DNA from: an uncultured Candidatus Saccharibacteria bacterium
GTDB taxonomy: Bacteria > Patescibacteriota > UBA1384 > 2-12-FULL-50-11
Length of the DNA: 64,000 nt
Assembly (NCBI GenBank): GCA_964599405.1
Contig: CAZRED010000001.1
Coordinates: 75,528-139,527 of the forward strand
Reading direction: 5' to 3'
Shown: positions 36,808 to 45,568 of the stretch, one piece after another
Layout: each line of letters starts with the position of its first letter
How positions within the stretch are numbered: position 1 is the first letter of the stretch
Notes under the pieces: model-generated
The model's input: only the letters and a program-made list of their open reading frames with translations
Databases searched by the model: none
What the model was told of the DNA's origin: nothing
Program-made: the position numbers and the translations under genes

Positions 36808-37899
36808 CTATTTTTTGCCTTTGCGGCGGTTATCGTCGCGGCAGAGCATTTGGCAGTTATCGGCATTAGTTTTTCCGCCCTCAACCCACGGCGTAATGTG
36901 GTCGGCTTCCATTTCTTCAATCTCAAAATGTTTACCACAATCCGGACAAACACCTTTCTGTCGTTCAAAGGCCTCGCGTTTCATGTTATCGGTAAACGCC
37001 CGAATATTTAGACACTTTTCTTCACGGGTTAGAACATATTCATAGATACCGGACTTTTTTGTTACGTCTTCGTCCATCATCAACTGTGTAACTTCCGCTT
37101 CCAGCTTGTCGGTATCGAACTTATCGTCCTTAAATTGATTGTAAAATCTGCCCCAATCCAAACCTTTCATTTCTTTTCGATACTTCGGAAAAGTCAGACG
37201 TGTCCAGCTTATAACATTTTGGAAGTACGACCAAAGCTCATTGGCATTTTGGTCGTGTTGGTGCTTGGCCATGTAGTCTTCTATTTTTCCGTCGTTAATC
37301 CAAGCTAGCGTAGTTTCCAGTATCTCTTGCCGAATTGGCGAACCGTTCACTAGCTGCCCGCCATCGCTAGCTAGCAAATAAGCTGCACAGTTAGATTTGC
37401 TGAATTTCAGTTTGGCGTCACTTAGCCATGGTCCAGTATAAATCGCATTGCGGAGCTCTTGGTCGGTTAATTTTTCGCCAGCGATGTTAATGATTCTGAA
37501 CCAATCCAGTCTTTCTTTGTCGGTGCCTTCGCACCAGTAAATCATCAGCTCATAGTCCTGAATTTGCTTCTGTTCCTCATCAGTTAGGTTGTGGAAAAAG
37601 CGATCTTTGAGCGAAAAATCACCGTTGACATATTGCCCAATACTTATTGTTCGTTGCTGGCCGTCCATAACTTCAAAGTTCCCTTGGTCGGTTTTGACCC
37701 AATACATTACGTTCAGCGGAAAACCATTTTTAATCGTTTCTATTACTGCGTCGCGCTGCTTGTCTTTATAAACAAATTCACGTTGGTATCTTGGGCGGAT
37801 GTCGAGTTTACCACCGTAAGCTATGACGCCTTCCTCGGCGCTGTCTTTGTAGCCGACGATCACTTCTCGAACAGGAATTCGTTGTAGTTCAATTTTCAT
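36808..37899 (-). CDS. DUF262 (DGQQR NTPase-like, ParB fold) + HNH endonuclease; SspE/GmrSD-like
   Basis: VMDGQQRTISIGQY (codons verified at 37651-37665). C-terminal CPDCGKHF...ADHITPW...NADNCQMLCRDDNRRKG HNH. Confidence 0.75.
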   Translation of the reverse strand: MKIELQRIPVREVIVGYKDSAEEGVIAYGGKLDIRPRYQREFVYKDKQRDAVIETIKNGFPLNVMYWVKTDQGNFEVMDGQQRTISIGQYVNGDFSLKDRFFHNLTDEEQKQIQDYELMIYWCEGTDKERLDWFRIINIAGEKLTDQELRNAIYTGPWLSDAKLKFSKSNCAAYLLASDGGQLVNGSPIRQEILETTLAWINDGKIEDYMAKHQHDQNANELWSYFQNVISWTRLTFPKYRKEMKGLDWGRFYNQFKDDKFDTDKLEAEVTQLMMDEDVTKKSGIYEYVLTREEKCLNIRAFTDNMKREAFERQKGVCPDCGKHFEIEEMEADHITPWVEGGKTNADNCQMLCRDDNRRKGKK

Positions 37900-38983
37900 T
37901 TTGTGTCCTTTTCCTTTGCTTAATTATTATTCTTGCGTATGTCGCTTTGCCGTTGATGATAGCGCCTACATATTTTTTATGCTGTTCATCAAGATATGTT
38001 GGATTCCCTTGTATTAACGAGTCTGACTTCTCTCTCTTGTCTGCAAATAAGCCAATAATTTCAAACTGTTGGGGGTTATATTTATCTAGAAAAGTAATCG
38101 GAACACCCATTGCACCATTCCAATCCATAGGTACGTCTGCAAACTTAGAAACCTCTATCGCATCATAATTGTCGTATTTTGGATATTCTTCAGGCGTGTA
38201 TTTTTTATACAAGTCTACCTCCTCGTGACGCTTGGTGGTGTCAAGGTTTGTGAACCATACTATGCTTCCCATACTGATGTATTTGATGCCATTCTCGATT
38301 TTCTTTCTTGATTCGGTCGGGATATCGTAATCATCAGGAACTTGGAACCACTTTGTGCCACCATTATCATATCCAAGCCACATTTTATTTTCTTTAATAA
38401 GTTTGAAGGTCTCTTTATACGTGATGGCATTCTGGTTACCAAGAATCAAAAACTTTTTATCATATTCCATAAGCTGCGCCACATACTCGCGAAACAATGA
38501 AAACGGCGGGTTTGTCACTACGATATCGGCTTCTTTGAGCAGCTCTATACACTCATGACTTCTAAAATCACCGTTGCCTTGTAAGGACGATGAAGTATTT
38601 TTAGTGTGCTTTATAAGATTCTGAACATCACCCAAATCTACAGCGCCATCACCATCACTGTCAGGCACTTCGTTTACTTCGACTTTAAATGGTTGCTTAC
38701 CATCTGGCTTTAGACCCTCCATCTCGAAGATTGGCAACTGCGTTCCAGCAATAGGCGATTTAGTGTAGCTGGTGGCGATAAGTTTTTTTAAGCCCAAATG
38801 GTTAAAGCTGCTCGCAAAATACTTGAAAAAATTACTCTCATACGGATCGTCACAATTACAAAAAACAACCTTGCTGCGGAATTGATCTTTGTATCGCGTT
38901 AACTCTTTTTCGATATCAGCACGTTGTGTGTAAAACTCGTCCTTTTTCTGCAACTTTGCTGTATGTAAATTATTCTGCGCCAT
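37889..38983 (-). CDS. N6-adenine DNA methyltransferase (NPPF motif)
   Basis: IVVTNPPFSLF motif IV; 364 aa; TAATG coupling with upstream small ORF. Confidence 0.7.
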   Translation of the reverse strand: MAQNNLHTAKLQKKDEFYTQRADIEKELTRYKDQFRSKVVFCNCDDPYESNFFKYFASSFNHLGLKKLIATSYTKSPIAGTQLPIFEMEGLKPDGKQPFKVEVNEVPDSDGDGAVDLGDVQNLIKHTKNTSSSLQGNGDFRSHECIELLKEADIVVTNPPFSLFREYVAQLMEYDKKFLILGNQNAITYKETFKLIKENKMWLGYDNGGTKWFQVPDDYDIPTESRKKIENGIKYISMGSIVWFTNLDTTKRHEEVDLYKKYTPEEYPKYDNYDAIEVSKFADVPMDWNGAMGVPITFLDKYNPQQFEIIGLFADKREKSDSLIQGNPTYLDEQHKKYVGAIINGKATYARIIIKQRKRTQNEN

Positions 38984-39252
38984 TAAATTAGCCGGGTGTT
39001 TTTGAGCTTTGCTAGGTAGCTAAAGTCATCTTCTGATATTTTGGGCACAACATTGAACGTTATTTTCGTTTTTGATGTGTCGCTTATTGCACCGCCTAAT
39101 ACTACAAAGTATTTTATCTCTCCCTTAGCTTCTTTTGTTGATTCAACTTCTACCTCAACTTTTATCGCACCCCAAACTACACCGTTCTTAAGATTATTGA
39201 TAAGTTCGTTGGTGAGATTCTCAATGTAAGATGAAAGCTCAACTTTCTCCAT
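38983..39252 (-). CDS. small operon-leading protein of unknown function
   Basis: 89 aa; its stop overlaps the MTase start (TAATG). Confidence 0.45.
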   Translation of the reverse strand: MEKVELSSYIENLTNELINNLKNGVVWGAIKVEVEVESTKEAKGEIKYFVVLGGAISDTSKTKITFNVVPKISEDDFSYLAKLKNTRLI

Positions 39253-39289
39253 TTGCCAAATTCTACTCTTTTTAACCTGAAAAAGCCAG

Positions 39290-39330
39290 GTTTGGGGAAC
39301 AACCCACCCCGGGTGGGTTGTTCAGGGGCT
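39290..39330 (-). terminator. tandem hairpins between HEPN-like gene and defense operon (attenuator/terminator)
   Basis: CAACCCACCccgGGTGGGTTG and AACCTGgctttttCAGGTT. Confidence 0.4.
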
Positions 39331-39408
39331 ATGGTCGCGCGGGACAGATTTGGTCACGGTAGATCGGGTAAATCAACTAATAACATTCTTGCATATGGAA
39401 GGGATTAA

Positions 39409-40131
39409 TTATCTTTTTTTGAATTTTTTACAATTGCAACCATCCGTTAAGCATTCTACAAAAAGAATATTTTTCCCCTTCATTACGAAATGAGCAGCTT
39501 TTGCATGACCGCAGTCACAGATAGCAAACAGACCCTTTTTCCTGCCGAATTCTACTACTTCCTCATTAGATACAACACCATAAGTTTTCGCGAAACTTCT
39601 TTCACTTCTAGAATTAATCTTCTTTGATGCGAGATATTCAACTTTTACCTCTATGCCGTTATCTATCCTGCTCTTTGTCATTCCGTAACCAGTAGCAACT
39701 TGTTTGTCTTCCAATGATTTATTTATCTTATTTAACTCTTGAAAAATCTTTTCGTACCGTGAACATGCCAAACCAAGATGGGAATACTCTATTTCGCTAG
39801 TAAAAAACCTGTGGATTGCCTTATTCCTGACATCATAGAGTTTATTCAGCTCGTCATATATTGATCGGGTGATAATTTTTTTCTCATATGCTAATTGATA
39901 AATTATCCTCTCTGACAAGTAATCGTTTCCTTCTTGAAAAATATATTTCTCAGTAATTCTGTTGGTTTTTTCTTCTAGCTGTTGCTCTAAAACTAGACAA
40001 ATCCGACACTGTGCTTCGACTAGAGAAGAATACAATACCAACCCCTCTATTAACGAGCCATTATCATAAGCCTTATTGAGCAGTAACCTTGTTGCAGCAA
40101 ATGCGGAAATAAAGTTTTCTAACTTTTTCAT
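39409..40131 (-). CDS. HEPN-like (Rx4H) protein with C-terminal Cys-rich zinc ribbon
   Basis: DVRNKAIHR Rx4H motif; C-terminal CDCGH...CLTDGCNC; 240 aa. Starts 23 nt after the dnaK stop. Confidence 0.45.
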   Translation of the reverse strand: MKKLENFISAFAATRLLLNKAYDNGSLIEGLVLYSSLVEAQCRICLVLEQQLEEKTNRITEKYIFQEGNDYLSERIIYQLAYEKKIITRSIYDELNKLYDVRNKAIHRFFTSEIEYSHLGLACSRYEKIFQELNKINKSLEDKQVATGYGMTKSRIDNGIEVKVEYLASKKINSRSERSFAKTYGVVSNEEVVEFGRKKGLFAICDCGHAKAAHFVMKGKNILFVECLTDGCNCKKFKKR

Positions 40132-40142
40132 TTACCCAAGAG

Positions 40143-40162
40143 AAAGAGAGCTGGTTAGCTCT
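40143..40162 (-). terminator. weak hairpin overlapping dnaK stop (partial terminator, read-through likely)
   Basis: AGAGAGCTggttAGCTCTCT followed on the minus strand by TTCTCTT then ATG of the HEPN-like gene. Confidence 0.35.
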
Positions 40163-42107
40163 CTTTCTTGTCTTCTCCTTTATTTTCTTCTTTTGGTTCG
40201 TCCTCTTTTGGAGGTTGCTCGGCCGATCCGCCAGCTGGCGGAGTATCAGGCGAGGCCGGAGGGGTTTCCCCACCCTTTGGCTCGTCCTTAGTTTCAGAAT
40301 AGGCGGCGGATCCGACTTTTTGGAGGGCGGTGGAGAGTTTTTCGGCTTCCGCGCTAATTTTCTCTTTATCGTCACCAGGGAGGACGCCGCGAACGGCGGT
40401 GATAGCGTCTTCGACCTCCCGCTTGTCGTCCGGTTTTACTTTATCGCCCAAATCTTTCAGGGATTTTTCGGCGGTGTGGATGAGCCCTTCGGCCAAGTTG
40501 CGGGTTTCGACCAGCTCTTTTTTCTTAGCGTCGTCGGCCGCGTGTTTTTCGGCTTCGGCTTTCATCTTCTCTACTTCCTCATCCGACAGGCCGCTGGAAG
40601 CGGTGATGGTGATTTTCTGCTCTTTACCGGTGGCTTTGTCTTTAGCCGAGACGTTCAAGATGCCATTTGCATCAATGTCGAACGTAACCTCAACTTGCGG
40701 AACGCCTCGGGGAGCGGGCGGAATGCCGTCGAGCATAAATTTGCCGAGCGTCCGGTTGTCGCTGGCCATGGGCCGTTCGCCTTGGAGAACGTGGACTTCC
40801 ACCGAAGTCTGGTTGTCAGCGGCGGTGGAGAAGGTTTCGGTTTTGCTGGTGGGGATAGTGGTGTTGCGGGTAATCAGCGCCGTCATGACACCGCCGAGAG
40901 TTTCCAAGCCAAGAGTGAGCGGAGTAACGTCGAGCAGCAGAATATCTTTGACTTCGCCGGATAATACGCCGCCCTGGAGAGCCGCGCCAAGCGCTACCGC
41001 TTCGTCCGGGTTAACGCCTTTGCCTGGCTCTTTGCCAAAAACATCCTTTACGATTTGCTGAATTAACGGCATGCGGGTCATCCCACCGACAAGGATTACT
41101 TCGTCGACGTCGCCTTTGGAGAGCTTGGCGTCTTTGAGAGCCGCTTCGGCAATCGGACCGGTTTTTTTAATCAGGTCGCCGACGAGCGCTTCCAGTTTGG
41201 CTCGGCTTAAGTTCATTACTAAGTTCTTTGGACCGTCGGCATCAGCGGAGATAAACGGCAGGTTAATCTCGGATTCCTGGGTAGTGGAGAGCTCGATCTT
41301 GGCTTTTTCGGCTCCTTCTTTGATGCGCTGCATCGCCATAGCGTCACCACGTAGATCCACGCCTTCTTTAGTTTTAAATTCTTCGACAATCCAATCCATC
41401 AAGCGCAGGTCAATATCGTCACCGCCCAAGTGGGTGTCGCCGTTAGTGGAGAGTACTTCGAAGCTGGACTCGCCGTCGGCTTCGCCGACTTCTATAATGG
41501 TGATATCAAAGGTACCGCCACCGAAGTCATAAACAGCGATTTTTTGGTCTTTTTTGTCTTCTTTACCCAAGCCATAAGCCAGAGCGGCGGCAGTTGGTTC
41601 GTTGATAATGCGTTTAACCTCTAAACCAGCGATCTTACCGGCATCTTTAGTGGCTTGGCGCTGGGAGTCGGTAAAGTAAGCCGGGACGGTAATCACCGCT
41701 CCGTCAACTTTTTCGCCCAAGTAACTTTCGGCGTCAGCTTTAATTTTCGAGAGGATCATCGCCGAGACTTCTTGCGGAGAGTATTCGGCATCGCCCATCT
41801 TGACTTTGACGCCTTCGCCGCCTTTAACGATTTTGTACGGCATTAGCTTGATGTCGCGTTGAACTTCTTCGTCTTCAAACTTGCGGCCAATAAGGCGCTT
41901 AACCGAGTAAACGGTATTTTCCGGATTAGTAACGGCTTGGCGCTTGGCGAGTTGGCCAACGAGGCGTTCACCCTTTTTGTTAAACGCGACAATGGATGGA
42001 ATGAGGTTACCCCCTTCGGCAGAAGGGATCATTTTGGCTTTGCCGCCTTCCATAACGGCGACGGCTGAGTTGGTAGTTCCTAAGTCAATTCCGATGATTT
42101 TAGGCAT
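40155..42107 (-). CDS. dnaK: molecular chaperone DnaK (Hsp70)
   Basis: [22 protein letters not shown], full-length 650 aa; SD AAGGGGT. Confidence 0.95.
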   Translation of the reverse strand: MPKIIGIDLGTTNSAVAVMEGGKAKMIPSAEGGNLIPSIVAFNKKGERLVGQLAKRQAVTNPENTVYSVKRLIGRKFEDEEVQRDIKLMPYKIVKGGEGVKVKMGDAEYSPQEVSAMILSKIKADAESYLGEKVDGAVITVPAYFTDSQRQATKDAGKIAGLEVKRIINEPTAAALAYGLGKEDKKDQKIAVYDFGGGTFDITIIEVGEADGESSFEVLSTNGDTHLGGDDIDLRLMDWIVEEFKTKEGVDLRGDAMAMQRIKEGAEKAKIELSTTQESEINLPFISADADGPKNLVMNLSRAKLEALVGDLIKKTGPIAEAALKDAKLSKGDVDEVILVGGMTRMPLIQQIVKDVFGKEPGKGVNPDEAVALGAALQGGVLSGEVKDILLLDVTPLTLGLETLGGVMTALITRNTTIPTSKTETFSTAADNQTSVEVHVLQGERPMASDNRTLGKFMLDGIPPAPRGVPQVEVTFDIDANGILNVSAKDKATGKEQKITITASSGLSDEEVEKMKAEAEKHAADDAKKKELVETRNLAEGLIHTAEKSLKDLGDKVKPDDKREVEDAITAVRGVLPGDDKEKISAEAEKLSTALQKVGSAAYSETKDEPKGGETPPASPDTPPAGGSAEQPPKEDEPKEENKGEDKKES

Positions 42108-42202
42108 TTGTACCCCTTGTGCCTAAGATTACCGAAGCTTTGCTTTGTATGATTTTTCCCATTTTTTGTATGCCTCCTTGAGATTTTGATTACCTAAAAA
42201 GT

Positions 42203-42219
42203 GTAAAGTTTCCTTTACA
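42203..42219 (-). promoter_or_regulatory. TGTAAAG-N4-CTTTACA palindrome in dnaK promoter (candidate heat-shock operator)
   Basis: TGTAAAGtttcCTTTACA between TTGACA (-35, plus 42223-42228) and the -10 region; same palindrome at 24109-24126 upstream of dnaJ. Confidence 0.55.
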
Positions 42220-42274
42220 TATTGTCAAGAAATAATGCTCTAGATAGTTGATTACTGTTTAATCACTTGCTAGT

Positions 42275-42841
42275 ATGCCGTCATATTCGCACGTTGGAAC
42301 ATTACTCATGAGCACACTACTACAACTTTCGGACGTTCTACGGGATCTCGTGAAGGAGAACCCACAAGCGTTTCCTTATGGTTACCCGAAATTCAATATA
42401 GGGTTTTCCAAAGTCGACGAAAACGTGATTCAGGAAGTGGACATTCCTAACCTGCGGGCGCCATATGTCTTGGCGGTGGATGAGCGCGGCACACTAACAA
42501 TGATCTTCCAGCCTGCGGCTATTAGGAGACTCATTGCGTTACAAGGAGCTGACCGCCTACTTAGGAACACTTCTTGCGACCTCCTCTGCCAGGTCTTTTT
42601 CCAAGCCAGGAAAGAGACAGACAGATTCCTCCGATGGAAGTACTGTTCGCTTAACCTCGTCCTTACTCCACTGTCCCAGCTCAAAGGAAAAGTGGGGCAT
42701 AAGATGTGTCACGTGCAAAACGTCCTAATCTGGAGAATGCATGATAGATGTGGCGCAACCAAGTTCGGTCGGGATAACTACGAAAGGGTTTTGCCGATAC
42801 TTTCGGAGTTGGCTGGCACGTCGAATTTCTCCCCCGCGTAA
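42275..42841 (+). CDS. hypothetical protein encoded opposite to grpE-dnaK
   Basis: 188 aa; its own terminator follows immediately. Confidence 0.4.
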   Translation: MPSYSHVGTLLMSTLLQLSDVLRDLVKENPQAFPYGYPKFNIGFSKVDENVIQEVDIPNLRAPYVLAVDERGTLTMIFQPAAIRRLIALQGADRLLRNTSCDLLCQVFFQARKETDRFLRWKYCSLNLVLTPLSQLKGKVGHKMCHVQNVLIWRMHDRCGATKFGRDNYERVLPILSELAGTSNFSPA

Positions 42842-42857
42842 GCGGGGATTTTTCTAC
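42830..42857 (+). terminator. rho-independent terminator
   Basis: CCCCGCgtaaGCGGGG then ATTTTTCT. Confidence 0.7.
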
Positions 42858-43384
42858 CCCTTAGAAACCCGAACTTTTGCCGGACGGAGAACTTTACCGT
42901 TTAGGAGCCAGCCGGCTTCGACTTCGTCGATAACATGGTCGGCCGGAATATCGGATTCTTCATGGGAAATTGCTTCGTGCAGCTCTGGATCGAATTCGGC
43001 GCCTTTAGCCTGGATACGCTGCAAGCCCATTTCGGCCAAGGCGGATTCAAGTTGCTTTTCAATCTGCTGAAGGCCAGAAATATAGCTCAATAGTTTTTTG
43101 AAATCGTCTTCGGTGATTTTTTCAAAATCTTCAGCCGAAATTGCCGGGGCGTGGGTACTGGCGCGGTAGAAATTATCAAAAATTGGGAAGAGCTTGGCAA
43201 TAGCTTCCGTCTGTGACCGTTCGGAAATTGCCTGCCGCTCACTGTCAAAACGTTTCCGGGAATTATCCAACTCAGCCGCCAAACGCAGCTTGTCGGCAAT
43301 CGCCACTTCCAATTCGGTTTCTAATTTAGATTTTTTATCAGGTTTCTTGGCAGTCATTACGAACGTCATTGTACTAATACTCAT
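42854..43384 (-). CDS. grpE: nucleotide exchange factor GrpE
   Basis: LDNSRKRFDSERQ...; 176 aa. Confidence 0.8.
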   Translation of the reverse strand: MSISTMTFVMTAKKPDKKSKLETELEVAIADKLRLAAELDNSRKRFDSERQAISERSQTEAIAKLFPIFDNFYRASTHAPAISAEDFEKITEDDFKKLLSYISGLQQIEKQLESALAEMGLQRIQAKGAEFDPELHEAISHEESDIPADHVIDEVEAGWLLNGKVLRPAKVRVSKG

Positions 43385-43486
43385 AAAAACAATCCAGCCC
43401 TCGAGGGCATTGTATATGTTCTAACATATATTCTAATTTGAACGGATTTTGCGGTTTTAAGCACAGTATATTAAGGTAGTTCAGTA

Positions 43487-44665
43487 ATGAAGCTATGGAC
43501 GCCATCGCGGCAGTTTGTGTGGTTTTGGCTGGCTCTAATTGTTGGCGCCGTGATCGGCCGTTACTTCCAATTTCCGGCTGTCACCCTAGCCTGGATTGGC
43601 GGACTGTGGCTGTTGGTATTTATTAGCGGGCAGGTTTGGAAGATAGAATTTTTGGCATTATCGCTAACCGGGCTGATTGCCGGGGTACTGCTGTGGCAAG
43701 TGACCGGCGGGGAAAGCTGGTTGCGTTTGGAATTTCTGACAAAATTCCAAACCGTGCTGGTAGGCGTGCGCGACAGCATAGTTGAACGGATTTTCCTGGC
43801 TCTGCCCGAGCCACACGGCTCGCTGTTAGCCGGAATACTGCTGGGCAATCGAGTAAAACTGGATCGGGATTTGCTGGAAGTATTCCGACTAGTTGGCTTG
43901 AGCCATATTATCGCCGTTTCTGGCTACAATCTGACAATTTTGACCGCCAACATCCGCAGCATTCTGCGCCCAGCGTTGGGACGAAAGCTAACTCTGGCGG
44001 TGGCGGCAATTGCCGTAGTCAGTTTCGTGTTGCTGTCCGGCGCGCCGCCGTCAATTATCCGGGCAGCGGTGATGGCTGGAATATTATTGTGGGGCGAATA
44101 TTTGGGCCGCCCGCAACGCTCGCTCGGCGCATTAGCGCTAGCCGCCGGAGTAATTGTGCTGTTCCAGCCGAAAATTATCTTTGATGTTGGCTTTCAACTG
44201 TCGATTGCCGCTACCTACGGGCTAATTCGCTTAGCACCAGTAATTACCAGCGCCCTGGAGCGCTTCAAAATGCCGCAGTGGCTGAAATTAATTTTGGGCG
44301 AAACATTGGCGGCGACAATTATGACCGCGCCGCTGATTATGGCGGTGTTTGAACGCCTGGCCATCGTCTCGCCCCTTTCCAATATTTTGGTTGTGCCACT
44401 AATCCCCCTATTAATGGCGCTGGGAATTGGCTCGGTGGTATTGCTGTTTATTGTGCCGCCAATCGGCAAACTGGCCGTACTGCTGTGCTGGCCGATTTTG
44501 CACTGGATAATTTTAGTTGGACAAACCCTATCTGGCTGGCACTTCTCCAGCACCAACGTGACACTATCGGCTATTTTGAGCGGAGCGATCATGCTGGCGT
44601 TTTTCATTGGCGCGGAAGTGCTGCATAACCGCCTCCAAAAACAAGAAAAAGCCGTTGTGATATGA
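43487..44665 (+). CDS. comEC: competence protein ComEC/Rec2 membrane channel domain
   Basis: Polytopic membrane protein of the ComEC family; stop overlaps next start (ATATGA). Confidence 0.8.
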   Translation: MKLWTPSRQFVWFWLALIVGAVIGRYFQFPAVTLAWIGGLWLLVFISGQVWKIEFLALSLTGLIAGVLLWQVTGGESWLRLEFLTKFQTVLVGVRDSIVERIFLALPEPHGSLLAGILLGNRVKLDRDLLEVFRLVGLSHIIAVSGYNLTILTANIRSILRPALGRKLTLAVAAIAVVSFVLLSGAPPSIIRAAVMAGILLWGEYLGRPQRSLGALALAAGVIVLFQPKIIFDVGFQLSIAATYGLIRLAPVITSALERFKMPQWLKLILGETLAATIMTAPLIMAVFERLAIVSPLSNILVVPLIPLLMALGIGSVVLLFIVPPIGKLAVLLCWPILHWIILVGQTLSGWHFSSTNVTLSAILSGAIMLAFFIGAEVLHNRLQKQEKAVVI

Positions 44666-45525
44666 GGGGCACAGGAGGACGGTTTTTAGGATTGTTGGTG
44701 CTGCTGGGATTAATTGTATTCGGCGTTAATTCTTTCAACGCTGAAACCAACAGTACTAATTTACGACTGTACTTTTTCGACATCGGCCAGGGCGACACAA
44801 TTTTTATGGACACACCAAGTCATTTTCAGGTGCTAGTGGATGGCGGGCCGAACAATGAAGTAGTTAGCGAACTATCGAAAGTGATGCCAATTGGTGACAC
44901 AACGCTGGATTTAGTTGTAGTAACACACAACCACGCCGACCATATTGGCGGGCTGGTGGATGTGTTGCGTCACTACGATGTGGCGGAAATTTGGATTTCT
45001 GGAGCGATTCACACCACCGAAGGATTTCAGGAAATGCTGGAACTGATTCGCGACCGCGGCGTCAAAGTAACGGTGGTGACAGCCGGCCAAACCGTGGCGC
45101 AAGACGGCCTGGAGGGGATCGCGCTGTTTCCGCTAACTAACCAAACTGGTTTATCGCCAGAGAACCAGCATGATTCCAGCCTGGTAACCTACTGGCAGTA
45201 CGGGACTAACTCCTGGCTACTGACCGGGGATGCCGAAACCGAACATGAAACGCAGATGTTGGCGCGCGGGCTAATAAAGCCGGTAACAATTTTGAAAATT
45301 GGCCATCACGGCAGTAACACCAGCACCAGCGAAGAGCTACTGAAAGCCGCCCAACCAAAGTACGCGGTAATTTCGCTGGGGGAAAACAATCGCTACGGCC
45401 ACCCGCACCAGGTAACTTTAGACAAACTAGCGACGTTCGGTATCCCGGTGCTACGAACTGACCAGGCCGGAACAATCCGCTTTGATTTTTCGCTAACTGA
45501 CTATACCTACCGCAGCGCAAAGTGA
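44662..45525 (+). CDS. ComEC C-terminal metallo-beta-lactamase domain as separate ORF
   Basis: VVVTHNHADHIGG motif; signal/TM at N-terminus. Confidence 0.8.
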   Translation: MRGTGGRFLGLLVLLGLIVFGVNSFNAETNSTNLRLYFFDIGQGDTIFMDTPSHFQVLVDGGPNNEVVSELSKVMPIGDTTLDLVVVTHNHADHIGGLVDVLRHYDVAEIWISGAIHTTEGFQEMLELIRDRGVKVTVVTAGQTVAQDGLEGIALFPLTNQTGLSPENQHDSSLVTYWQYGTNSWLLTGDAETEHETQMLARGLIKPVTILKIGHHGSNTSTSEELLKAAQPKYAVISLGENNRYGHPHQVTLDKLATFGIPVLRTDQAGTIRFDFSLTDYTYRSAK

Positions 45526-45530
45526 CCCTG

Positions 45531-45568
45531 TTGCATCCGTATACGTTTAAACATATATTGTGCCCATG
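45531..45568 (+). promoter_or_regulatory. promoter TTGCAT-17-TATATT-6 nt-ATG overlapped by palindrome ATATACGTTTAAACATATAT
   Basis: TTGCAT 45531-45536, TATATT 45554-45559, ATG 45566; palindrome 45539-45558. Confidence 0.55.

Noticed and set aside
40215-42126. Multiple plus-strand ORFs (40215..40964, 40330..41061, 41071..41532 etc.) inside dnaK
   Set aside because: They lie entirely antisense to a full-length, highly conserved Hsp70 gene and have low-complexity translations.
42181-42200. HspR HAIR element near dnaK (CTTGAGA)
   Set aside because: Only one half-site (CTTGAGA) is present and no matching inverted partner at N7. The TGTAAAG-N4-CTTTACA palindrome is the better operator candidate.
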